Positions 1 through 11,048 of a stretch of 64,000 nucleotides of DNA are shown piece after piece. The position numbers were made by a program, and so were the translations under genes. Origin of the DNA: Octopus bimaculoides (taxonomy: Eukaryota); assembly GCF_001194135.2 (NCBI RefSeq), contig NC_068994.1, forward strand, positions 58,785,103 through 58,849,102, given 5' to 3'. How positions within the stretch are numbered: position 1 is the first letter of the stretch; each line of letters starts with the position of its first letter. A model generated the notes under the pieces. It was not told the DNA's origin. It saw only the letters and a list, made by a program, of their open reading frames with translations, and ran no database searches.

Positions 1-463
1 AAATATTAAAAAAAAATTTTTCAATTTAAAAAAAAATATTTTAATCGTTTGATAAAACTATTGTAGTCGGTGGATATTCATTTTATTTTTACCTTTACTT
101 ATTTTATATTTGTCTATTTAATTATTTGGTAATTTTTTAATTTTTAGCCGTTTATATTTAACATTTTTGATTGGCCGTTCTATTTGTATTTTATTCGATT
201 ATATACTTTTACCTTCTGTGTTTTTATGTATTACTTTATTTATGTGTTTGGGAAACATGGGGATTAAAAATTTTTTTTTTATATATGATTAAATGTTTCA
301 GGTTGATGTTCTACGTAAAGTCGTTGACCCAAAATAAATGTTTGTTCTATAACCAACGCTTCTTTATCTTCGTCTCTTTTCTATTTGAGCACTTTTTTTG
401 CAGTCCTAGAAACCCTTTTGCTTCTATAATAAGAGACAAATATTATTTCTTGTTGTATGTATG

Positions 464-495
<32 letters not shown>

Positions 496-499
496 GCCT

Positions 500-654
500 A
501 TGTGTTTTCTGTGCTCTGTTTATGTTCTTGTTTTTCATTTTGTCCACGTTTTTTTGTGACGTCCTGTACCCAGATATGCATCTATATATACATGTAGATG
601 TAGGTATGTACATACATGTACGTATATACGCATATACTCACATATTATTTGTAT

Positions 655-660
<6 letters not shown>
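500..660 (+). repeat. Interspersed repeat family P (T-rich, core GACGTCCTGTAC..GATATGCATCTATATA.ACATGTAGATGTA), copy 1; possibly Penelope-derived
   Basis: Sequence: the same core occurs inverted at 3135-3330 and direct at 6870-7049. Inference: Penelope origin, from ribozyme-like motifs in the other two copies. Confidence 0.6.
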
Positions 661-685
<25 letters not shown>

Positions 686-1284
686 GGATGTACGAGTATA
701 TATGTGTGTATGTGTCGTCTTTACATATATGTGAAAAGATGTAAAAACACTATCAATGATCATAAATAGGTGTTATTTCCATAGCAACATTCTTGCAATC
801 ACTCGTCTCACTGGAATCGCAAACGGAGTTAATTAAATGCCTTAATTAGTTACCTAATTTCTATTAATTTCAACAGGGAGAGAAGATCAGTAAAATTTAA
901 CAAGATTTTGTTTGTCTGCCTGTCTGTCTGCCTATCTTTTTGTATGTGTGAGTATATATGTATGTGTGTGTGTATATGTATGTGTGTGTGTATATGTATG
1001 TGCATATATATTCATATATATGTACATATGTTTATATAATCAATTATCACAGGGAATAACATTTTTGTGACCGGCCAGCAGTAACTCTATTCAGCTGAAT
1101 AGACGTCAGTGATTGGTTGAAATTACAGAAATACGACAACTTTAACATGAAATAACTTGCGATGTAGGTTTTTTTGTTAAGAAGACTAAGAGTAAAAGAT
1201 GTTTTATATGACACATTCTACCAGTGTCCCAAGTTTCAAAGTGTTTCGTTAAGAAAATACTGGTGCCCCCGTTTTGAACAAGAT

Positions 1285-1327
<43 letters not shown>

Positions 1328-1669
1328 GCACACGCACACACACTCACAAGATTGCATGTTCGTGTACTCAGCAGTGTCTATGCGCGCACGCGCGTGCATG
1401 TGTATGTGTTTGTTTTATCTGCTATTTGTGTGAAATTCTATTTATTCCGTTCAACCTTACCGGTTCTCTGCATCGTTAAACAACACATATCAAACACACA
1501 CACACACACACACACATGCGTGGTCTCATGAAACACGAACATATATACATACATTGCACACACACACACACACACAAATACACGTGATATAACTGTATAT
1601 TACACAAATAGCACATGACTGCACCACAAAATGTTGTTTACACGTTAAAATCAATCATTCTATCAATCA

Positions 1670-1890
1670 TTCTCTCTCTCGTTCTATCTCTCTCTCTTTT
1701 CCTCTCTCTCTCTCTCTCTTTTCCTCTCTCTCTCTCTCTTTTCCTCTCTCTCTTTTCCTCTCTCTCTCTCTCTTTTCCTCTCTCTCTCTCTCTTTTCCTC
1801 TCTCTGTCTCTTTTCCTCTCTCTCTCTCTCTCTTCCCCTCTCTTTCTCTCTTATCGATCTATCTATCTATCTACCCATCTATCTCTACCC
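1670..1890. repeat. Compound (CT)n/(TTTTCCTCTC..)n and (TCTA)n microsatellite
   Basis: Directly visible; explains the Leu/Ser ORF 1615-2052. Confidence 0.95.
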
Positions 1891-2213
1891 ACCTATCTAT
1901 TTGTGTGCATGTCTGTTTGTCTATCTACATATCTGTCAGTGTATTTAGTGTTGTTCCGTCTCTCTCTCTCTCTCTCTCTCTCTGTGTACGCGCGCGTAGT
2001 GTGCACCAACATAAACTCCCATTCATGTATTTTGTCGTCCGCTCACACATAATACAACCATACACACGAATACAAACATCCACACTAATACAATAACATA
2101 TACACCTACACCACTCACCCCATACACACACTCAGAAAGCCCGAATGACCTTATACGTCTACCGCATCACTCCCATCCCATCCTTTACCCAGAGTTCCGC
2201 CTGGACAAACCAG

Positions 2214-2292
2214 CCGGAAGTGACGTCTCAAATTTAAATATCCCCTGTTTAAATTTACGGTTCATCTATATATGCGGCCGGCAGCCATGTTT
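2214..2292 (+). promoter_or_regulatory. Candidate promoter motif cluster: ETS-CRE composite, TATATA, YY1-like site
   Basis: Sequence: CCGGAAGTGACGT at 2214-2226, TATATA at 2267-2272, GCAGCCATGTTT at 2281-2292 in a locally CpG-rich non-repeat island. Knowledge: CCGGAAGTGACGT is the overlapping ETS/CRE motif of animal proximal promoters. Function is inference. Confidence 0.35.
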
Positions 2293-2473
2293 GTCCACCG
2301 CGGGGTTTTTACGGCGACAGGCAGCAGAAAGCGTTACAGGGATAATATTTCTTTGACTCTTCTTGGTTGCACGGACACGGATACATCCTTATGCGTACAG
2401 ATGTATACATATATAGACATACACAAATATGCGTATATACACATATATCCGTATCCACATATATTTATCCGTG

Positions 2474-2529
<56 letters not shown>

Positions 2530-3084
2530 GCAATGGTTTTAGTATGTACATGTGTGTGTATGTGTATATATGAGAGTGTGTGAGAAAGGGATTACAAGTA
2601 TACATATATACATACATGTTTACATATATACATGCATACATACATACATGCATGCATACATGTATACTTACATATATGCATACATACATACATGTGTGTG
2701 TAAGTACATACATGCGCAATTTTGTTTCTGGACATATACAATTTTTATGATGGACAGATGTATATTTATTGCACCTTCCATGGACAGACATACGCCCACA
2801 TAAGTACACATTACACACACACACACACATTTTTTCCGTGTCGGCGCGTGTCCAAACTTGTGTTCAAATTCCCTTTAACAGGTCAGTGACGGGTGTTTAA
2901 CAACAACAAGACACCCCTTACACTTTTTCTTCGCCTCCCTTACCCTCCCTTCTACACCTCCCTCACATTTTCACCTCTCCCGACTCCCTCTCCATTTCTT
3001 TCGTACCCCGTTTCCCCTTTTATTCTTTGTCGCACGTCCCCTCTTTATTTGAAATGAAACTACACATCACACAAGCGCGCAAGC

Positions 3085-3131
<47 letters not shown>

Positions 3132-3134
3132 ACA

Positions 3135-3330
3135 AAGAATATATATGCATGTATACACACATATATGTACATATTTACATCTACATGTGTATATAGATGC
3201 ATATCAAGGTACAGGACGTTAGAAAAATGAACTACAGACAACGGAACGAACACATAGGAAAACAGATAGCGACTTGGAATTATTCCTTCATCAGCTGCCT
3301 CTATTCTAACTAGGCGTTTCGAAGATAAGG
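3135..3330 (-). repeat. Repeat family P, copy 2 (inverted), with hammerhead-core-like motifs
   Basis: Reverse complement contains CGAAAC..CTGATGAAGGAAT..TTCC followed by ACGTCCTGTACCTTGATATGCATCTATATACACATGTAGATG, matching copies 1 and 3. Confidence 0.65.
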
Positions 3331-3348
3331 CAGAACGCACTCTCGAAA

Positions 3349-3534
3349 TTTCAGACGGATCGTGTAATCGAACACCGTCAGATGGATATTGTCGTATTGA
3401 ATAAGATTATTGATGTAGCCATACCAAATGACATGAATGTTGTGAGTAAAGAAGTTGAAAAAATCACCAAGTACTCCGAAGTGAAAGTGAAAATGGCAAG
3501 ACTGTATGGAATGCGAGAGTGTAATGTAAAAGTG
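3349..3534 (+). mobile_element. Non-LTR retrotransposon fragment, restriction-like endonuclease (RLE) domain, R4/Dong-like
   Basis: Translation FQTDRVIEHRQMDIVVLNKIIDVAIPNDMNVVSKEVEKITKYSEVKVKMARLYG matches the RLE pattern QTD..I.H.RPDIV..IIDVAIP.D.N..KE.EKI.KY..L..RLW (recognised by eye). Truncated by a gap. Confidence 0.8.
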
Positions 3535-3961
3535 NNNNNNNNNNNNNNNNNNNNNNNNNNNNNNNNNNNNNNNNNNNNNNNNNNNNNNNNNNNNNNNNNN
3601 NNNNNNNNNNNNNNNNNNNNNNNNNNNNNNNNNNNNNNNNNNNNNNNNNNNNNNNNNNNNNNNNNNNNNNNNNNNNNNNNNNNNNNNNNNNNNNNNNNNN
3701 NNNNNNNNNNNNNNNNNNNNNNNNNNNNNNNNNNNNNNNNNNNNNNNNNNNNNNNNNNNNNNNNNNNNNNNNNNNNNNNNNNNNNNNNNNNNNNNNNNNN
3801 NNNNNNNNNNNNNNNNNNNNNNNNNNNNNNNNNNNNNNNNNNNNNNNNNNNNNNNNNNNNNNNNNNNNNNNNNNNNNNNNNNNNNNNNNNNNNNNNNNNN
3901 NNNNNNNNNNNNNNNNNNNNNNNNNNNNNNNNNNNNNNNNNNNNNNNNNNNNNNNNNNNNN

Positions 3962-4053
3962 ACCTCGGCGGAATTTGTTCTAAGAACGTAAAGACGGACG
4001 AAATGCCGTGAAGCATTTTACCCGGCGTGGAAACGATTCTGCGAGGTCGCTAC
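3962..4053 (-). mobile_element. SINE family A, 5' head fragment
   Basis: Reverse complement AAGGTAGCGACCTCGCAGAATCGTT...TTTACGTTCTTAGAACAAATTCCGCCGAGG matches the family A head; 5' flank is (ATT)n. Confidence 0.8.
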
Positions 4054-5188
4054 CTTAATAATAGCAGTTCTTTCTGCCATGGACGAAAAGCCTGAAATTT
4101 TGGAGAACGGGGTGCGTCGATCAGATCGAAACAGTGCTCATCGAATACTTTATTTCATCGACATCCCGCCATCCTTCCCGGATCGATGGAATAACAACCA
4201 ATTGTGTTCCCGATTCTATGAAACAAATGCGTGTTTGTGCGTATTTGTGTGTGTATGTATGTTTGTGTGTGTGCGTGTGCGCGTGTGCGTATGTGTGTGT
4301 ATGCTTGCGTGTGTGCGTGTGCATATGTGTGTACGCGCACGTGCATATGTGTGTGTGTGTGTGCGTGTGTGTTTGCTAATTACCAAACTAATACACCTTA
4401 TTTGATGTTCCCTCACCTGCCTCTGTCTTTCGGGTTTTTTTAGAATTTTGAAACGCACACACACATACACGCACACATACATACACACATACACGCACAC
4501 GCATACACGAACACACACACATATCGTGTTACCTGAAACGTACGTATTAAATGCGTTCAAGATATTTGGTTTGACTTCATTATTAAAAATTATATATGTG
4601 TGTATGTGTGTGTATTTGTCTTTGCGCGTGTGTAAGTAGATGAACCGATAGATCTACACATAAAAATGGATAAAAGTGGTAAGCAACGCCTTCAACAACA
4701 ACAACAACATACATCTCCGACACAACATGAACAACCTGCCCTGGCCCCTAACAACAAATCTCATAAAACACAATTCCCTTGACAAAATGATGAGTAACAT
4801 ACACGGATCTTTAAAAGAAAAAAAAAAACAAACAACTTAAGAAAACTACATGCAGACCCCCTCCTCGGTTCCCTAAAAACAGACAAAACAACGGCACCAA
4901 GAACTGCAAACAACAATAAAACAATATGAATAAACAGGACAATAACAATAGGAACTTATTACCAAAAGAGCACTCCCCCACCCACCACCTCAGTTGCCCC
5001 GACCGCCTCCGTCTCGAAACTCCGCCTCCTAGTTTATTATTTTGTCGGTTTGCGCGTGGATGTGTTTCCTTTTGATGTTAAAAGTTTGGTATTAACATTT
5101 GAATTGTATATTCATTGCACTGTAGGCTCAATGCAGATATGTGTATCGGTTTACACAGCGTTTATGCTATGTAAACTATACACCTCCC

Positions 5189-5235
<47 letters not shown>

Positions 5236-5264
5236 CTCTCTCTCACTCTGTGTGTGTGTGTATG

Positions 5265-5302
<38 letters not shown>

Positions 5303-5563
5303 NNNNNNNNNNNNNNNNNNNNNNNNNNNNNNNNNNNNNNNNNNNNNNNNNNNNNNNNNNNNNNNNNNNNNNNNNNNNNNNNNNNNNNNNNNNNNNNNNN
5401 NNNNNNNNNNNNNNNNNNNNNNNNNNNNNNNNNNNNNNNNNNNNNNNNNNNNNNNNNNNNNNNNNNNNNNNNNNNNNNNNNNNNNNNNNNNNNNNNNNNN
5501 NNNNNNNNNNNNNNNNNNNNNNNNNNNNNNNNNNNNNNNNNNNNNNNNNNNNNNNNNNNNNNN

Positions 5564-5597
<34 letters not shown>

Positions 5598-5990
5598 TTA
5601 TTTTACTGTGCTCAAGTTCGTTGTCAATGTTCACGTAAAATACTTTTCTAATTTCCGTTTCTTTTGTGATTTTTTTTCAAAAATTTCTTTTCTTTTTTTC
5701 CTAATTTTTATTTCTATTTAAAATTTAAAATGTTTCACTTTTTGTCGAAAGTGAGTATTATTGCCCTTTTTTCGCTTTTCGATTATTTTGTTAAATCATT
5801 GTCTTGGTTGTTTGAACTGTCGGTGTGGTTAAAGGCGACGCTGGGAGTGGTTGCTGGTGTTGTTGGCCGTTCTGGTGTCGTAATTGTTACTCTTGGTAGT
5901 AGCAACAGTAGTGGTAGTAGTTGTGGTGTTGTTGGTGGTGCTAGCACTGGATTGTGCTGCTTTTTTTCTGTTCTACGAGTGGTACACCGT

Positions 5991-6232
5991 CGATTACGAT
6001 GACGGAGGGTTCCAGTTGATCCGATCAACGGAACAGCCTTCTAGTGAAAGTGGTTGAGTATTCCACAAACATTCGTACTCTTAACGTAATTCTCAGGGAG
6101 AGTGAGCGTGACACAATATGACAAAGCTGATCCCTTTGAATTACAGGTATAACTCAATTTTACCAACTGAGTGGACTAGAGCAACATAAAATAGTGTCTC
6201 GCTCAAGGACACAATGCGCTGTCGGATATCGT
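5991..6232 (-). mobile_element. SINE family C copy
   Basis: Reverse complement shares GTGTCCTTGAGC.AGACACT..TTT.ATGTTGCT..AGTCCACTCAG and GCTGTTCCGTTGATCGGAT.AACTGGAAC with the copy at 27800-28112. Confidence 0.8.
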
Positions 6233-6869
6233 TCTGCCTGGCAAAGGGTGAAATGTCTCAATGAATTGACCACTCTCAACGCTCTGCAATTAATTACCCC
6301 CTACAAAAGCCGCTTTTATCGAACTCTCGATATGCATGTATATATACATATATTTGTATGCATGAAATGTGTGTGTGTATATATGCATATATATATTATT
6401 ATATGATCGAACGCCACGCATCCATTTCCAAGTAAGTTTTATCTTAATAATTCCGATGCACACTCTGCAACCTATCTGTATCCTATCTCCCTCTCTTGTT
6501 TTTCTTCCTTTCTGCTTTTCTCTCCCACCCATTCTCTAATTCTTCTATCCCTTTCACCATTCCCTCTCTCCCACTCTTCCTCTTTGACTCTCTCGTTGCT
6601 CACACGTGACCAACGGCTATCTATCTTTTTTTCTTTCTTCCGTTTCCTTCCTAAAGACAAGACGTGCTTTTGCCTGTCTCTTCTCAAAGCTCGTTTTTCC
6701 AGCGTTCACCACTTCACTTCGTTATGGCTTAACAACCCTCACCGTTTGTTTTTACTGCTTTGTTCTCACTGTCCTGTTTTTATTACCACTTTAACCCTCC
6801 GCAAATAATCCCAAATATTATTTAATTTGCTTTGCGGGAAGGACTGTTTTAATGAAGTCGCGTCTTGTC

Positions 6870-7049
6870 CCTACCTTCGAAACACAAAGTAGATAAAACA
6901 GGGGAAATGATGAAGGGAATGTTCTTTATGTTGCCTGTCCCGTTTCTCTATTTGTTTCTTTCGTTGTTCCCAAAAAGTTCGTTTTCCATGCTTTTGTTTT
7001 TTATGTTCTCGTTTCTCATTTTGTTCGTTTTTTGTTTTGACGTCCTGTA
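6870..7049 (+). repeat. Repeat family P, copy 3 (truncated by gap)
   Basis: CTTCGAAAC...TGATGAAGGGAAT...TTATGTTCTCGTTTCTCATTTTG...GACGTCCTGTA, colinear with copies 1 and 2. Confidence 0.65.
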
Positions 7050-7680
7050 NNNNNNNNNNNNNNNNNNNNNNNNNNNNNNNNNNNNNNNNNNNNNNNNNNN
7101 NNNNNNNNNNNNNNNNNNNNNNNNNNNNNNNNNNNNNNNNNNNNNNNNNNNNNNNNNNNNNNNNNNNNNNNNNNNNNNNNNNNNNNNNNNNNNNNNNNNN
7201 NNNNNNNNNNNNNNNNNNNNNNNNNNNNNNNNNNNNNNNNNNNNNNNNNNNNNNNNNNNNNNNNNNNNNNNNNNNNNNNNNNATATATATATATATATAT
7301 ATATAAAAGCACCTATGCATACATATATTTATGTGTGTGTGACTGAGAGAGAGAACAGAATCTCTTAGCCGTTGCATATCAGTAGAATATATCAATTATC
7401 AGATATAACTAAATTATGAAATATAATTCCTATAATGCTATCAACAATAGTTTGATAGATAAAGTGATCTAATGTGGCTGAATGGATATCAATGCAGATA
7501 TCATTGATATGCAATAACCGAAATTAAGAGAATATAACAAGTTCAGGATGCAAGTATTTCTCTCTTATGCTCATCTACGAATGTGCATCACTTAGTGATG
7601 TGGGAGATATAATGATATCGGATGTGATAAAACACTGAAGTTAGACACTAAAGACAGCGTAATGTAGATAAATAAGATAA

Positions 7681-7816
7681 GAAGCTTGCTTCCCAACCAC
7701 ATGGTTCCAAGTTCGATCCCACCGCCTGGCATCTTGGGCAAGTGTCATCTACTATGGCGTCGGGCCGACCAAAGCCTTGTGAGTGGATTTAGTAAACGGA
7801 AACTGAAAGAAGCCCC
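7681..7816 (+). mobile_element. SINE family B (CORE-like), 5' half
   Basis: GAAGCTTGCTTCCCAACCACATGGTTCC..GTTCGATCCC...CTTGGGCAAGTGTC...AAAGCCTTGTGAGTGGATTT...GAAACTGAAAGAAGCCC, shared with more than 8 other copies in the window. Confidence 0.85.
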
Positions 7817-7930
7817 TTGTATGAATATATATATATACCCCCACACACATACAGACATCTGTCTACATAACAGCCCACTACCTATTCTACTCTACCTGTG
7901 TAAACTGTGGGTATGGGGATATGATATCTA

Positions 7931-8175
7931 CTATGTATATTTCCTATTTATTCTAGGAGAAGTTTCATTTATGAGGACGTACTCCCGTACTTGTCTGAGT
8001 GTTGGGTCCTTTGGGTGCTTGGATAAGATGCGGATATCAAGTTGACCCAGGTTACTTCCATGTTGGTCTTTTGCATACTGGTAGAGTATAGAGGACTGTT
8101 TTTTGTCGTCATATTGTCTCAAATGTTCATTTAGTCGTTCCGTAATGCTTCTAGATGTCTCCCCTTTGTATGGAT
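7931..8175 (-). mobile_element. Penelope-like element GIY-YIG endonuclease remnant
   Basis: Translation YKGETSRSITERLNEHLRQ...SSILYQYAKDQH...DIRILSKHPKDPTLRQVREYVLINETSPRINRK matches the PLE GIY-YIG pattern Y.GET.R...R..EH...H...IL...RQ..E...I...P..N (by eye). Confidence 0.8.
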
Positions 8176-9039
8176 ATGAAAGTAAACAGATCAACATACA
8201 GACGGAAAGCTACATAGGTTATATGAACAAACAATCACACATACGCAAATGAAAACTGAAACACATGACCATATATATATATATACACACACACACACTT
8301 TACTTCACACAAGGACACATATGGAGACACACGTCCACATATATGGAGATGCACATCCATGCACACACAGTACACAGTTGCACAACACACACACACACAC
8401 ACTCAGACATGCACATACGAGTCTGGTAGGTGTCAAAGACTAAATGGCATCTCTTGTCAAGAGTTCAGGCGACAGTCAGATCGCTGATGTTTGTTGTGCG
8501 CTCCACTGTCGTTATTTGATTGCTTGTTATTCTGTGTGTAAAGATCAGTTGTGTTTTGCAGGGTTGCTTTATTTTGAATCTTAATTTAGAAATGGAGAAA
8601 GACATAGTGTGCTAGATATAAAAAAATAAGCTATTTGGGGCTAGAAATATTGCGGGGAAAACGTGAAATTCTTCCAGCAGGCATGTGTCTTATACGAAAT
8701 CTGTGATGAGCCCGAGTGACGCTGATGACCTGGAGTCGTCTCTGATATATATATATATATATACATGTGTGCGTGTGTGTGTGTGTGTGCGTGTGCGTGT
8801 GCGTGTGTGTGTGTGTGTTTGTGTGTGTGCCCACCGTATGATGACTGGTTTGGTTTGTTTTATTCTCGTAACCTAGCGGTTCGGCAAAAGAGGAAAAGGA
8901 GGCTGTTGGAGCAGACTCGTTTCTACAGAACTGAGGCCGTCCTACATCCTGATCCTCAAATTGATTTCAGAATCTAAGAATGCACCTACTTCTCCATGCT
9001 TGGTTCCTTGGACAAGTATCTGTGATTCCCCTTTCGTAT

Positions 9040-9340
9040 ACTCCACTGATGTTTAAATTAAAACGAAAGAGCTCTCTCTCCATTCGTGAGAAATTCGAAA
9101 GATAAAACCAGAGCATACATGCATACAAAGGAGTTGACAGATCCAGTACCCAAGACCTACTTTCAGCTTCATTCCTATTATTATTGGCGCAACAGGATAC
9201 ATACCGACCCATCTGGAGCAAAGTATGGCTGAACCTGGGTTTTTGGGGAGAGAACGCAAATCCTTAATTCATGCACAACAAATGTTCACGATGTCTGAGG
9301 TTATAAAAATCAGTCAGACCTTCTAAAGATTTCAAGAATG
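9040..9340 (+). mobile_element. Degenerate RLE-type non-LTR retrotransposon C-terminus
   Basis: Translation QIQYPRPTFSFIPIIIGATGYIPTHLEQSMAEPGF...LIHAQQ...VIKISQTF* resembles the RLE-LINE tail Q.LYP.Y.F..IPIIIGA.G..P..L...LGF...VKI.KTFL. Stops and frameshifts present. Confidence 0.55.
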
Positions 9341-10484
9341 ATGGTTAAAACCAGATACTTTCCTTCGCAACATTGCTACCAAGTTGGTGGCCAGGGAAAA
9401 TTTATTCTAAATTAAAATGAGGTAGAGAACACACATCATACATACGTTACATATATAAATGCTTAATAAATAAATACAAACATACATGTGCATGTCTGTG
9501 TTTATATATATAAATTTCTATGAAGGCGGAGTCAAAATGCTATTTTCTACGATCAGCCAACTTTCATATCCTATATTGTTTGTTTGTTTGTTTCGGGGCG
9601 GTATTGTTGTTGTTGTTGTTTTAATCTGCAGTCTAAAGCTCTCTTTATAATTGATTCTTGTTTGATAGACACTGCAAAAGCTTTGTTTGTGTGTTTATTT
9701 GTTTGTTTTGTCTATTTACACGTGTTTGAATAATACAACATTGTTCACGGGTCAACATCCGTTGCAAGTCTTAGATTAAATGTCTCGATTATTACATACA
9801 CCTGACCAACCAGCACAACTTCACTCTCCATCTCATTGGCTCCTACCCCCATCCCTACCCCCACCCCCACACACTTTGTTTCTGCAATATTATTGAGATG
9901 ATCTTTTATATTTGTTTGCTTGTCTTTACCCCAATCCTGTTGTTCTAATTGCTGTTGTCGCTGTTGCTGTTTCCTTTGTCGTACTCGCCATATCTGACTA
10001 TCACAAACCATTTTAATATTGTAGCGTCTTCTTCTTCATCTTCTTCTTCCTCTTCTGCTTCCTCTTCGTCTTCGTCTTCTTCCTCTGAGTCAATAGAGTA
10101 TCTGTATTTATTGTAACAGGAAGTTGACCTGTCGTCTGGTTTCATCAGTTTCCGTCATCATCAGAGGTTTGTTCTCACTAATATATTTCTGATATGCCCT
10201 GCGGCACACAACGTTCGACACACCTGCAAATCTTTTCACACATTCACAACAACAATAGCAACAACAACAGCGTAGAAACAATCGAAAAACTCAACAAAAA
10301 GAAAAACAAAAATATTTTCCCAAAATGAAGAAAAAGCAGGTACTTCATTCACAAACTACATGCATATACACACATGCACACAACATGCACATATGCATGC
10401 TCACAAATATACACACTTATGCATATATACACATATACATTTTTAAACACACAATCGGATATATTTGTAAATATCTATGTATAT

Positions 10485-10519
<35 letters not shown>

Positions 10520-10819
10520 GGCGTGCGTATGTATATGTGTCTGTGCGAGAGTGTGTGTAGGTTTATATACATATTGTGTGTGTGTATATATATATATAAT
10601 GTATATTATATATGTATATAAAGTATATTATATATATAATGTATATATATATATAATGTATATTATATATATGTACTTATGTATATATATGTATATGTAT
10701 GTATATATATGTATATGTANNNNNNNNNNNNNNNNNNNNNNNNNNNNNNNNNNNNNNNNNNNNNNNNNNNNNNNNNNNNNNNNNNNNNNNNNNNNNNNNN
10801 NNNNNNNNNNNNNNNNNNN

Positions 10820-11048
10820 CGTGCAAACTATTCTACCCTGCGTGCAAACTATTCTACCCTGCGTGCAAAAAAGTTTTCTACCCTGCGTGCAAACTATTCT
10901 ACCCTGCGTGCAAACTATTCTGCCCTGCGTGCAAACTATTCTGCCCTGCGTGCGAACTATTCTGCCCTGCGTGCAAACTATTCTGCCCTGCGTGCAAACT
11001 ATTCTACCCTGCGTGCAAACTATTCTGCCCTGCGTGCAAACTATTCTG
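10820..11048. repeat. 21-bp minisatellite GTGCAAACTATTCT(A/G)CCCTGC, about 11 visible copies
   Basis: Directly visible; one 24-bp variant unit; flanked by gaps on both sides. Confidence 0.97.

Noticed and set aside
9945-10145. Acidic ORF (poly-E/D)
   Set aside because: Degenerate (GAA/GAC)n repeat; similar tracts recur at 57540-57610 without coding context.
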